Below are positions 48,244 through 56,868 of a stretch of DNA of 64,000 nucleotides, piece after piece (positions within the stretch are counted from its first letter, which is position 1; each line of letters opens with the position of its first letter). The notes under the pieces were generated by a model, which searched no databases, had not been told where the DNA came from, and was given only the letters and a program-made list of their open reading frames with translations. A program made the translations under genes and the position numbers. Where the stretch lies: the IMG/VR virus record IMGVR_UViG_3300029267_004155, one strand, 5' to 3'. Origin of the DNA: a virus. Taxonomy: Duplodnaviria; Caudoviricetes.

Positions 48244-49025
48244 TGGGTAGGGTTTTGCTCGTGATGGGACAGCACAGGGGAGGGACGTCGGCCATGGCCG
48301 GGTCTCTTTATCATCTCGGCGGCGTCATTGGTGCCAATGGCGATTTCCACCGGGACGCTCACAACGTGAAGGGCTATTTCGAGAACGCGGACGCCCTCGG
48401 TGCCAACGAGGAGGCCTTGCGGCTGGCCGGGGCGTCCTGGGACTCGGAGGAGGTCCTGCCGGCCGACATGGGCTCCGACCCGCGCTACGACATGCTCGTC
48501 ATGCGGATGGGAGACTTCTTCGCTCGGGACATGGAGCTGGCACGGGACAGGTTCCTGGTCGTCAAGGACCCGAGGATAAGCCTGCTGCTGCCTCTCTACC
48601 TAAAGGTCTTCCGGGGGCTCGGGGTCGAGCCGTCCTTCCTGTTCTGCGACCGCCGGAACGAGGAGATAGCCAGGTCCCTGTCGGCGCGCGAGGGGTTCGA
48701 TCCCGCCCACGCGGTCCTGACGGCGGAGGCTCACAGGGAGAGCGTTCGGCGGTTCGAGGGGGACATCGACGTGGCGTGGGTCTCCGCGTTCGACTGCCTG
48801 CTGGGGCATCGGGAGTCCTTCTTCAGGTGGATGAGGGACAGGTTCGACCTGCCGCTGGAGATCGGTCCGGAAGGCATGGGGAGAGTGGCCGACTTCCTGG
48901 ACGCCGGCCTCCGGCATCACCGTGGGGCCGGCCCTGACGGCTTGTGGGGGACCGCGCTCATCCGAGATCCCGTCAGGGCCACGGTGCCCGAGTGGGCGAC
49001 GATCGGGGACGGACATGCGCATTGA
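48243..49025 (+). CDS. Sulfotransferase family protein
   Basis: VMGQHRGGTS, NVKGYFEN, VKDPRISLLLP, R...EIARSL. Confidence 0.85.
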   Translation: MGRVLLVMGQHRGGTSAMAGSLYHLGGVIGANGDFHRDAHNVKGYFENADALGANEEALRLAGASWDSEEVLPADMGSDPRYDMLVMRMGDFFARDMELARDRFLVVKDPRISLLLPLYLKVFRGLGVEPSFLFCDRRNEEIARSLSAREGFDPAHAVLTAEAHRESVRRFEGDIDVAWVSAFDCLLGHRESFFRWMRDRFDLPLEIGPEGMGRVADFLDAGLRHHRGAGPDGLWGTALIRDPVRATVPEWATIGDGHAH

Positions 49026-52000
49026 GGCGATAGCGATAGGTGACGAGAGCTGTGGGTCGGCCAGGCTGAGGTGCCACAGGCCGGCGAGGCTGGCGCCGTC
49101 AGGTTTCCGGTGGAAGCTGGCCTCGAAGGGGGACGTGAGCTTCGATTGCGACGTGCTGTACGTCCAGAAGATCGCGGAGCCGTGGGTGGTGGAGGCGGCG
49201 AGCAAGGCCGTGGCCGAGGGCGTCCCGGTGGTCTACGACATCGATGACGACTTCGGGGTGTGGCCAGGCATGGACGAGGCGGCGATGGTGGAGCTCGCCT
49301 CCAGGGTGACCGTCGACACCGAGGGTCGGAAGGCGCTGCTGGGGTGCGACCCGTCCAAGGTGAGGGTGGTGCCTCCTGGCGTCGACTACATGGACCACGC
49401 CCCGCCTCCGCTGGAGGCCTCCGGCGGCGTGTCGGGGATCGTCACTTTCGGGAGCAACCACTCCGTCGTGGCGTCGAGGGGGTGGATGGACGCCGCCGAG
49501 GTCGGGGAGAAGACGCATATCGCCTCCATCCAGCTCATTCCTGGCAAGTGGGTGAGCTGGGACCTGGGGACGTTCGTGGACGAGTTGAGGTCTTGCGACG
49601 TCTGCCTGCTGGTGCATGGGGACGGGGCCGACAGGAGGTGCGCGAACCGGCTGCTGGCGGCGATGGCCGCGGGGGTGCCGACGGTGACCAGCGACTCCAT
49701 GGCCTATCGCCGGGTTCTTGACTCCATCGGCCTGGGGTGGCTGGTCGCGAGAGGGCCGGAATGGCTGGCGGCCCCGCTTCGGAGGCTGGCCGACCCGGAG
49801 ATGCGCATGGAGGTCTCCAGGACGTTCATGGAGCACGCGTGGGGAAGGCACCATCCGAGGGTCCAGGCGGAGGCCCTGGCGAGGGTTCTGGCCGAGGTCG
49901 GGCCTCCGGACTCGAGGAGGACCCTGCGTCGGCTCGTGGCCGATCCGGTCGTGAACAGGCACTCCTACCAGATGGCGCACGTGGAGGCCATGTACCGGGA
50001 GGTCCGGGAGGGAAGGCCGAGGGCCGGGGTGGAGTTCGGGGTGGGACGCGGCCTCACCTCCATCGCGATGGCGCTGGGGATGAAGGACAACGGCATGGGG
50101 AGGATGGTTTCCTACGATACGTTCGAGCTCGATCCGGAGGAGGGCCGGCAGAGTCTCGGCATCCCGTTCGGGGAGGCGAGCCTGAACATGGAGAGGTACG
50201 GCGTCGACGACATCGTCACGCTGGCCCGGGGGGACGTCAGGAAGTGGATGGGGGAGCCGCAGCCGTTTCAGCTCCTCCATGTGGACATAGACAACGACGG
50301 CGAGAAGATCAGGTCGATATGGAGCGCCGTGAGGCCGATGCTGGACTTCGGCGGCGCGATGCTGTTCGAGGGAGGCAAGCGCGCTCGGGACGAGGTCGGA
50401 TGGATGAGGGCCGGCGGCCATGTCGGAATGGCCGACGTCCAGGAGGAGACGGGGTACACGCTGGCGGACGAGACGAAATGGGGGCTGGGAAGGATAGGGG
50501 CTGGGGCTCGGAGGCTGGGAGGGGCGCCGAAAAGGGTCCTGGTGGTGATTGACGAGTACGGGTGGGCGTTCGAGTTCTTCGCCAGGGGGTGGTCGGCACA
50601 CTCCCGGCACGAGGTGTCGTTCGTCCGGCACGACGAGTTCGATCCTCCGACGGCCTATGCCGAGAACGACGTCGTGGTCGTGATGACGACGCTCCTGGCG
50701 TCGCTCTACCTGGGCGAGAAGGTGGAAAGGCTGATCCCGGCGAGGACGATCCTGGGCGTGCGGTCGGCTCTCGGGTGGGAGCTGGCGGACCCCGCCGACT
50801 TCGCGGCCCTGGTGGCCAATTCGAAGGTGGCGCACGACATGATCCTCCGAAAGTGGCCGAGGGCCTTGAACGTCTGCTACTCCAGGGGCGCGGTGGACGA
50901 CTCGATCTTCACCCCGGGGCCGCTGGGGGACAAGGTCGGATGGAGCGGGAACCCGCGGCAGCCGGTGAAGCGGGTCCACCTCCTGGACGGGATCGCGAGG
51001 AGGTGGGGCGGCGTGAGCCGGAAGAGCGACTGGGGCGAGAGGTTCTTCAAGAGGGGCCGCTCCAGGGAGGACCAGCTGGCATGGCTGAGGTCGCTCCGGT
51101 GCTTCGTCCAGCTGTCGTCGTCCGAGGGCATGAGCCAGGCGCTCATGGAGGCGGTGGCCTGCGGCGTCCCGGTGGTGGCGACCGACGCGGGGGACACGGC
51201 GCAGCTGGTGGCGGAGCCGTGGGTGGTCCCGGTCGAGCCGGAGTCGGGGTGCGTCGAGAGGGTGAACGACCTGGTTGACGGGATCATGGCCGACGACGAC
51301 GTGGCCGCGACGGCAGCCGCCGAGAACCTGAGGAGGTTCCGCGAGGGCGGCTGGGGATGGTCGAGCCGGGCGTCGGACATGGACGTCCTGGTTGACGGCG
51401 TCACGACCGAGCCGCTGGTCAGCGTGGTGGTTCCTTGCTGGAAGCAGGCCGAGTACCTGGAGAGGTCCGTCGGAAGCGCCCTGGCCCAGACGGTGCCGGT
51501 GGAGGTCGTGATCGTCGACGACGGGAGCCCGGACGACTGCGCGGAGGTGGCGACCCGGCTGGCCAGGGCCAACATCGGCAGGGTTCGGCTCGTCCGGCAG
51601 GAGAACACGGGGCTGCCGGGAGCCAGGAACGCCGGGATCGGGGCGGCGAGGGCCAGCTACGTCTTCCCGCTGGACGCCGACGACGAGCTCGGGTCAAGGG
51701 ATGTCCTGGCGAGGGCGTTCGGGGTTCTCATGCGCGGCTTCGACGTGGCCGGGGTCGATCTGGTCCGGGCGTCGGACGGGTCGGTGCTGAGGGCCGAGAT
51801 GGACGAGGGGAGGATCGCGAGGGAGAACTGCGTGCCGGCCTGCGCGATGTACCGCAAGTCGCTGTGGGAGCGGGTCGGGGGCTACAAGAAGGAGATGAGG
51901 GGCGGCTATGAGGACTGGGAGATGTGGGTGTCGGTCCTGGAGGCCGGCGGCACGTTCGGGAGGGCGGAGGGGGTGCACGTGGACTACGACGACGCCCATC

Positions 52001-52848
52001 CCGGGAGGATGAGCCCGGAGGCGAGGACGTCCCGCGGGTACTGGAGGCTCGTGGCCGAGATGGACAAGCTGCATCCGGGGTTCTTCCAGCCGGAGCAGCC
52101 GGCGGCCGGGGTCAGCGTGATCCTGTCGTCCTACAACCAGGCCGGGAAGCTGCCGCTGGCGCTGGAGGCGCTGAGGGGCCAGGGCGTCGCGCCGCTGGAG
52201 GTGGTCGTCGCCGACGACGGGTCGACGGACGGGACCCTGGAGTGGCTCGACGAGCAGGAGGACGCGGCGTGGCCTTTCCGGTTGAGATACGTAACGAGGG
52301 AGCACTCGTGGTACCGGCTGGCGTCGGCCAACAATCTGGCGGCGGCCCGGGCGAAAGGTTCCAGGCTCCTGTTCACCAACGCCGACCAGGTACATTGCCC
52401 CGGCTCGGTCGGGGCCCACTCTGGGCTTTCCGGGAACGTCGTCGGAGCTGGCATGTTCAAGGGTGTCGACGCCTCCCGGTCGGGGCTCGTGGACCTGGGG
52501 ATGGTGCGCCGGTTCGGCGAGGTGGAGAGGCTCGCTCGCGATCACCCGTCACGGAAGACGAACGAGGGCTACGTCGGCAAGGTGGACCCGAATCGGAACC
52601 CCATCGGGGTCTGGGGCGGCAACTTCTCCGTGCCGGCCGGCGTCTTCAGGGACGTCGGGGGTTACGACGCGGCTTTCGACGTCGGATGGGGAGGGGAGGA
52701 GAACGACCTGGTGGGAAGGTGCGTGAGGGCCGGGGCCACGGTATCCTGGGTCGCCCGCTCGGTCATCTACCACCTGGACCATCCCGCCAGGGCGTACGCG
52801 AGGGCCCAGCTCGGATCGGGGCTCTACGGCAGGAAGACGTCAGGATGA
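49015..52848 (+). CDS. Five-domain glycan enzyme: GT-B + SAM methyltransferase + GT4 + GT2 + GT2 (1277 aa)
   Basis: VYDIDD..NRLLAAMAAGVP; VEFGVGRG, LLHVDID; SSSEGMSQALMEAVACGVPVVATDAG; VDDGSPD..LDADD..YEDW; ADDGSTD..WGGEE. Confidence 0.9.
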   Translation: MRIEAIAIGDESCGSARLRCHRPARLAPSGFRWKLASKGDVSFDCDVLYVQKIAEPWVVEAASKAVAEGVPVVYDIDDDFGVWPGMDEAAMVELASRVTVDTEGRKALLGCDPSKVRVVPPGVDYMDHAPPPLEASGGVSGIVTFGSNHSVVASRGWMDAAEVGEKTHIASIQLIPGKWVSWDLGTFVDELRSCDVCLLVHGDGADRRCANRLLAAMAAGVPTVTSDSMAYRRVLDSIGLGWLVARGPEWLAAPLRRLADPEMRMEVSRTFMEHAWGRHHPRVQAEALARVLAEVGPPDSRRTLRRLVADPVVNRHSYQMAHVEAMYREVREGRPRAGVEFGVGRGLTSIAMALGMKDNGMGRMVSYDTFELDPEEGRQSLGIPFGEASLNMERYGVDDIVTLARGDVRKWMGEPQPFQLLHVDIDNDGEKIRSIWSAVRPMLDFGGAMLFEGGKRARDEVGWMRAGGHVGMADVQEETGYTLADETKWGLGRIGAGARRLGGAPKRVLVVIDEYGWAFEFFARGWSAHSRHEVSFVRHDEFDPPTAYAENDVVVVMTTLLASLYLGEKVERLIPARTILGVRSALGWELADPADFAALVANSKVAHDMILRKWPRALNVCYSRGAVDDSIFTPGPLGDKVGWSGNPRQPVKRVHLLDGIARRWGGVSRKSDWGERFFKRGRSREDQLAWLRSLRCFVQLSSSEGMSQALMEAVACGVPVVATDAGDTAQLVAEPWVVPVEPESGCVERVNDLVDGIMADDDVAATAAAENLRRFREGGWGWSSRASDMDVLVDGVTTEPLVSVVVPCWKQAEYLERSVGSALAQTVPVEVVIVDDGSPDDCAEVATRLARANIGRVRLVRQENTGLPGARNAGIGAARASYVFPLDADDELGSRDVLARAFGVLMRGFDVAGVDLVRASDGSVLRAEMDEGRIARENCVPACAMYRKSLWERVGGYKKEMRGGYEDWEMWVSVLEAGGTFGRAEGVHVDYDDAHPGRMSPEARTSRGYWRLVAEMDKLHPGFFQPEQPAAGVSVILSSYNQAGKLPLALEALRGQGVAPLEVVVADDGSTDGTLEWLDEQEDAAWPFRLRYVTREHSWYRLASANNLAAARAKGSRLLFTNADQVHCPGSVGAHSGLSGNVVGAGMFKGVDASRSGLVDLGMVRRFGEVERLARDHPSRKTNEGYVGKVDPNRNPIGVWGGNFSVPAGVFRDVGGYDAAFDVGWGGEENDLVGRCVRAGATVSWVARSVIYHLDHPARAYARAQLGSGLYGRKTSG

Positions 52849-53180
52849 CCAAGAGGGAGGTCAGGCGAGCCAGGCGGTCCGGGGAGTACCCCTGCGACAT
52901 TTGCGGGAAGAGGCGGCCGCTCACCGAGCACCACATACATGGTCGCGAGGTCAGGAATTGGAGGAGCGGCTGGAATCTGGCCGCGATATGTCCAGATTGT
53001 CATGAGGACGTCCATATTGGTGTCTTGATTATTCTAGGCTGGTATCAAACTGACACTGGTCGATGTTTGGTTTGGCATAAAAAGGGGGAGCCGCTGCCGC
53101 CGTTTGGAGAAGCGGCAACACCGCCGCTATGGGGGGAGGAGCCGAAATTGGGGGAGGGGGCGACTCCGTATATTTTCTGA
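52845..53180 (+). CDS. HNH endonuclease
   Basis: CDIC...HHI...NLAAICPDCH..VH; AT-richer 3' half. Confidence 0.85.
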   Translation: MTKREVRRARRSGEYPCDICGKRRPLTEHHIHGREVRNWRSGWNLAAICPDCHEDVHIGVLIILGWYQTDTGRCLVWHKKGEPLPPFGEAATPPLWGEEPKLGEGATPYIF

Positions 53181-53195
53181 TCTTTTCTCCGCGTT

Positions 53196-53248
53196 TCTCG
53201 TGGAAAATCCTCCTCTTTTGGCAATATAGGGGTAGGAGGATTACGAGA
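53196..53248 (+). promoter_or_regulatory. Hairpin sequestering the SD and start of the SWIM gene
   Basis: TCTCGT..AATCCTCCT (53196-53214) is complementary to AGGAGGATT-ACGAGA (53234-53248). Confidence 0.7.
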
Positions 53249-53571
53249 TGCCTGACCTAACGATCGAGACCTACCACCACTGCCGGTCCGCCTTGGAGCT
53301 TTCCAAGGAGGTGGCCGGGAGCCACGGCGAGACGTACGTCGTCACCCTGAGCAGACAGAACCCGGGGCCGTGCCGGTCCAACTGGCATTGCACCTGCCCG
53401 GCGTTCCGCTACCGGAGGGGCGACTGCAAGCACATCCGGCGCGTCAGGGCCGACGACCATTGCGGGTGGGCCGAGTTCCTCGACGGTGGCGAGCCCGACC
53501 GCGACGCGAACGGGAACGTGACTTGTCCGAGGTGCGGGGGGCCCGCGGAAGCCATGGGCTGGGCCGTATAA
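53248..53571 (+). CDS. SWIM zinc-finger protein
   Basis: YVV...WHCTCPAF....CKHI plus C-terminal CPRC. Confidence 0.85.
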   Translation: MPDLTIETYHHCRSALELSKEVAGSHGETYVVTLSRQNPGPCRSNWHCTCPAFRYRRGDCKHIRRVRADDHCGWAEFLDGGEPDRDANGNVTCPRCGGPAEAMGWAV

Positions 53572-53572
53572 T
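53563..53572 (+). promoter_or_regulatory. GCCGTATAAT promoter-like motif
   Basis: Recurrent motif followed by SD GGAGG and TTG start. Confidence 0.55.
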
Positions 53573-53589
53573 GTCGTGGAGGTGACGAG

Positions 53590-54177
53590 TTGAACAGGGC
53601 CATGATCATGCCGGACGGGACATACTTCGTCTACTCGGTGCTCAAGGTGCCGAGGACGGAGGCGGGGCACGAGGTCCGGGGGCTCAGCGTGAATCTGGAC
53701 GGCTCCGTTCGGGAGGTCACGGTGAAGGCCGTCTTTCGGTCCAGGAAGGCGGCCGAGGACAGGCTCAGGACCCTCGCCCGCATGAAGATGCTGAAGAAGA
53801 AGGCGAGGGAGGTGTCGGAGCATGAGCTTCCGGACGTCGTCAGGTCGAAGCTGGCGCCGGACCTCGATAGCGTGATGGGACCGGCCGACTTTCTCGGCAT
53901 GGTGGAGCGTGAGAAGAACCGGAGGGTGGTCGTCTTCAGGGACGTGACGGGGTTAGAGGACGTCTTCGAGCCGGACGTCGAGTACGACGGGGTCGAGGAC
54001 CCGGACGACGGGGACATCGTCGTCGTGACGGGACCGGACGGCGAGCCGCGGAACTGCTTCCGGTCGCGGTTCTTGAGGATCGACATAACTCCGGGGGCGC
54101 GGGAGGCGAGCGCCAAGGGTATCCTTAATCGCACGAGGGCGAGCGGGGCGTTCGACAGGTTCCGGAGGAACTCATGA
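53590..54177 (+). CDS. Hypothetical protein
   Basis: SD GGAGG; typical codon usage. Confidence 0.6.
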   Translation: MNRAMIMPDGTYFVYSVLKVPRTEAGHEVRGLSVNLDGSVREVTVKAVFRSRKAAEDRLRTLARMKMLKKKAREVSEHELPDVVRSKLAPDLDSVMGPADFLGMVEREKNRRVVVFRDVTGLEDVFEPDVEYDGVEDPDDGDIVVVTGPDGEPRNCFRSRFLRIDITPGAREASAKGILNRTRASGAFDRFRRNS

Positions 54178-54758
54178 GCGTTGGATACCACAACGGCGTC
54201 TATTACAAGCATGGTGGGGTTTCCACGGCTCGAAAGTGGGTCGCCTTCGAGGACGACCGGGAGACGATAGTCGGGAGATTCGGCACCAAGCGCGAGATGA
54301 TGGCGTTCATAGACTCGAGGAAGGGAGCAAAGACCATGGGTGCGCCTTCTGACAGGGTGGTCGGGGTCCGGGACAGGCTCAACGAGATGATCGAGTCCAT
54401 CGAGGGCGACGACCAGGAGTCGCACGTCATGCGGTGCTGCGTCGCCGTGGCGGTCGAGGAGATGGAGAGGTGGATGTACGACGGCAAGTACACGCCTTCC
54501 GTGAGGCCGGTGGACGAGCCGGGCAGGCCGGCCGGGAGCCAGTCGAAGGCTCCGGCCGACCGCGTGCTGGATTTCGAGCTTCCGTACGAGGACTGGCCGG
54601 AGGATGAGAGGATGGCGTTTCAGAGGGGGGAGCTCATCGTCATGGTCAAGGCGGTCCGGACCAGGTCCGGACGTGGCCTCAAGGAAGGGAAGGCGTACGT
54701 CGATCACCAGAAGGAGCGCTATCCGGGGTTGTGGGGTTACATTTCGAGAAAGAAGTAG
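54174..54758 (+). CDS. Protein with a C-terminal ribosomal L7/L12-CTD-like domain
   Basis: IVMVKAVRTRSGRGLKEGKAYVD resembles KIxVIKxVRxxTGLGLKEAKxxVE. Confidence 0.65.
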   Translation: MSVGYHNGVYYKHGGVSTARKWVAFEDDRETIVGRFGTKREMMAFIDSRKGAKTMGAPSDRVVGVRDRLNEMIESIEGDDQESHVMRCCVAVAVEEMERWMYDGKYTPSVRPVDEPGRPAGSQSKAPADRVLDFELPYEDWPEDERMAFQRGELIVMVKAVRTRSGRGLKEGKAYVDHQKERYPGLWGYISRKK

Positions 54759-54770
54759 CGGTTTGGGCCG

Positions 54771-54810
54771 GCATCGTCCTTCGAAAGGCGTATAATCTCT
54801 TAGGAGGTGC
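54771..54810 (+). promoter_or_regulatory. GGCGTATAAT promoter (54787-96) within an SD-sequestering hairpin
   Basis: GCATC-G-TCCT (54771-80) pairs with AGGA-GGTGC (54802-10). Confidence 0.65.
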
Positions 54811-54812
54811 GT

Positions 54813-56162
54813 ATGCTGGAACGAATAGAGCTTTGGGACTGGGAGAGCCACGAGCACACCCTCATTGACGGGTTGTCGCCGGGCTTCAACCTTCTTTTCG
54901 GGGAGTCAAACGCAGGAAAATCGAGCGTTCTTCGGGCGCTGGAGCTGCTGGGCTACAACGACTTCGACCCGCAGTCCGTTCGCGTCGGGAGCAAGTTCTG
55001 CGTCGTCGAGGCCCAGACCGAGCGCGGCGTCGTCAGGTGCAGGAGGGGCAAGGGGGTCAACGAGTGGACGGTGACGACCAATGCGGGGGTGCAGGAGTTC
55101 AAGAACATCGGGAAGGCTCCGCTGAAGGAGGCGATGGACGTGCTCGGCTTCGGCCTCGTCACCCTCGGGGACGTGGACGTGCCGGTCAACATCATGGACC
55201 AGCTGGAGTCGCACTTCCTGCTGGCGGGGCTTGGGAGCAAGGACGCATCGGGGTCCGTCAGGGCCCAGGTGGTCGACGAGGTCTCCGGCCTGTCCGGGAT
55301 CGAGGGGCTCATCAAGGAAGTGAGCCTCGACAATCACAGGTGGGGGCGTGAGGTCAAGCAGCAGGAGGACAAGGCCAAGGAGTTCCGCAAGCAGAAGCAC
55401 GACGCGACCGAGCTCATGGCGGAGGCGGAGATAGTCAAGAGGGCCGGGGACCTGCTGAAGAGGAGCAGGGACCTGCGCTGGGCCTCCGAGACGGCCGACT
55501 CCATGGCCGACGAACACGAGACGCTGGAGGCGGAGACGGCCTTGATGGTCCTGGAGCTGGCACGTCTTCCTGACGAGGACGTGGTCCGGGTGATGGCCGA
55601 CATGATCGAGGAGGCGGTCCGGGGGGCGAGGAGGGCCGAGGAGGACCATGTCTCGTGGTTGTCGCTGACGGCCGAGATAGACTGCGTCGAGGACGTCTTG
55701 AGGAAGCTGCCCGACGAGGTCGCGGCGAGCAAGGCCGTGGAGTCGACGCCGGCCATGATGGACAGGGCGCGACGGGTGTCGGAGCTGCTTGGCTCCTTGG
55801 AGTCCGAGATGCTGGCCCGGGACGCCTTGGAGGCGGAGTCGGTCGCCCTTCCGGATGAGAGGGCGGCCATGGCCGCGGCGGACAGGGCGCACACGCTGGT
55901 GGCGAGGGCCAGGGGGGCGGCGATCCTGTCCGCGGAGACCGGGAAGCTCCAGGCGGAGATCGACGTCCTGGAGGGGCATCTCGGCTCTCTGGATGTCGAC
56001 GATGAGAAGCTGACCAGGGAGGAGTTCGAGCTGATGGCGTCTTTCGACGTGTGCCCGCTGACGATGGAGCCGATCGGCCCCGAGTGCCTGAAGCGGGTGC
56101 GCATACCGGTTTTGGACAAGGGCGACGTCGAGTCGGTCCTGAAGGAGAAGGGAATCGGGTGA
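54813..56162 (+). CDS. Rad50/SbcC-like ATPase, N-terminal half only
   Basis: IELWDWESH, GESNAGKSS, Q-loop (DQLE), coiled coil ending at hook-like CPLT; no signature or Walker B. Confidence 0.8.
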   Translation: MLERIELWDWESHEHTLIDGLSPGFNLLFGESNAGKSSVLRALELLGYNDFDPQSVRVGSKFCVVEAQTERGVVRCRRGKGVNEWTVTTNAGVQEFKNIGKAPLKEAMDVLGFGLVTLGDVDVPVNIMDQLESHFLLAGLGSKDASGSVRAQVVDEVSGLSGIEGLIKEVSLDNHRWGREVKQQEDKAKEFRKQKHDATELMAEAEIVKRAGDLLKRSRDLRWASETADSMADEHETLEAETALMVLELARLPDEDVVRVMADMIEEAVRGARRAEEDHVSWLSLTAEIDCVEDVLRKLPDEVAASKAVESTPAMMDRARRVSELLGSLESEMLARDALEAESVALPDERAAMAAADRAHTLVARARGAAILSAETGKLQAEIDVLEGHLGSLDVDDEKLTREEFELMASFDVCPLTMEPIGPECLKRVRIPVLDKGDVESVLKEKGIG

Positions 56163-56590
56163 TGAGGAAGCTGGTCGGCGGAAGGATCAAGATGGTCGTC
56201 GTCGGGGTGGGTCCGGTGAGCGGCGTGCTCATGGCGGACGAGAAGGACATCGTCTATCTCAGGGGCGACGACGACGGGTCGCTTACCAGGATCGTCAAGA
56301 GGCATATCGCGATGTTCAAGCCGGAGAAGGAGCCGGAAGGGTCGGCGAGCGCCTATGTCCTCTTCTGCGAGAACAAGGCGGCGCGCTGTCCCGGGGTTCA
56401 GTTTGTCGTGTCCGGCGAGGGCTTTCGGAAGGCGGATTTCGACTTGTTCATGGGACCGTGCCCGTGCCGGAGGGACGACTGCCGGCACGGCAGCAAGGGC
56501 GAGATAAGGTGCGTCGATCCGGCCTTCCTGGCTGGCATGCTGGACGGGACGTTGTATGGTGGCTATCCGGAAAAGGAGGCGCAGGGATGA
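56162..56590 (+). CDS. Sm/Hfq-like domain + Cys-rich domain protein
   Basis: KLVGGRIKMVV.G.GPVSGVLMADEKDIVYL...IVKRHIAMFKP. Confidence 0.5.
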   Translation: MRKLVGGRIKMVVVGVGPVSGVLMADEKDIVYLRGDDDGSLTRIVKRHIAMFKPEKEPEGSASAYVLFCENKAARCPGVQFVVSGEGFRKADFDLFMGPCPCRRDDCRHGSKGEIRCVDPAFLAGMLDGTLYGGYPEKEAQG

Positions 56591-56868
56591 GTGAGGTAAC
56601 GCAGGATGTTGAAAGGAAGCTGGAGCGTCTGAGGAAGGTTCGGTCCGAGGCGGCCGACGTTGGCCGGCGGCGTGAGAGGATCGGTGGGGAGCTGGAAGCC
56701 AAGCAGAAGCGCGTGGCCGAGCTGGAGAAGCGGTCCCATGATGAGTTCGACTGCGAGCCCTCTGAGCTTCGGATCTTGGCGACGGACCTCATGTCCGAGG
56801 CGGACAAGGCGATAGCTAGCGCGGAGGCGATCCTGAGCGGAGGGGAGACCGATGATGCGGAAAGTTGA
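56587..56868 (+). CDS. Small coiled-coil protein
   Basis: Heptad pattern; SD AAGGAGG. Confidence 0.65.
   Translation: MSEVTQDVERKLERLRKVRSEAADVGRRRERIGGELEAKQKRVAELEKRSHDEFDCEPSELRILATDLMSEADKAIASAEAILSGGETDDAES

Noticed and set aside
34294-52848. Host O-antigen/capsule locus or integrated host island
   Set aside because: No flippase, polymerase, exporter or initiating transferase; codon style and gene coupling are continuous with the phage genes; no integrase or att site seen
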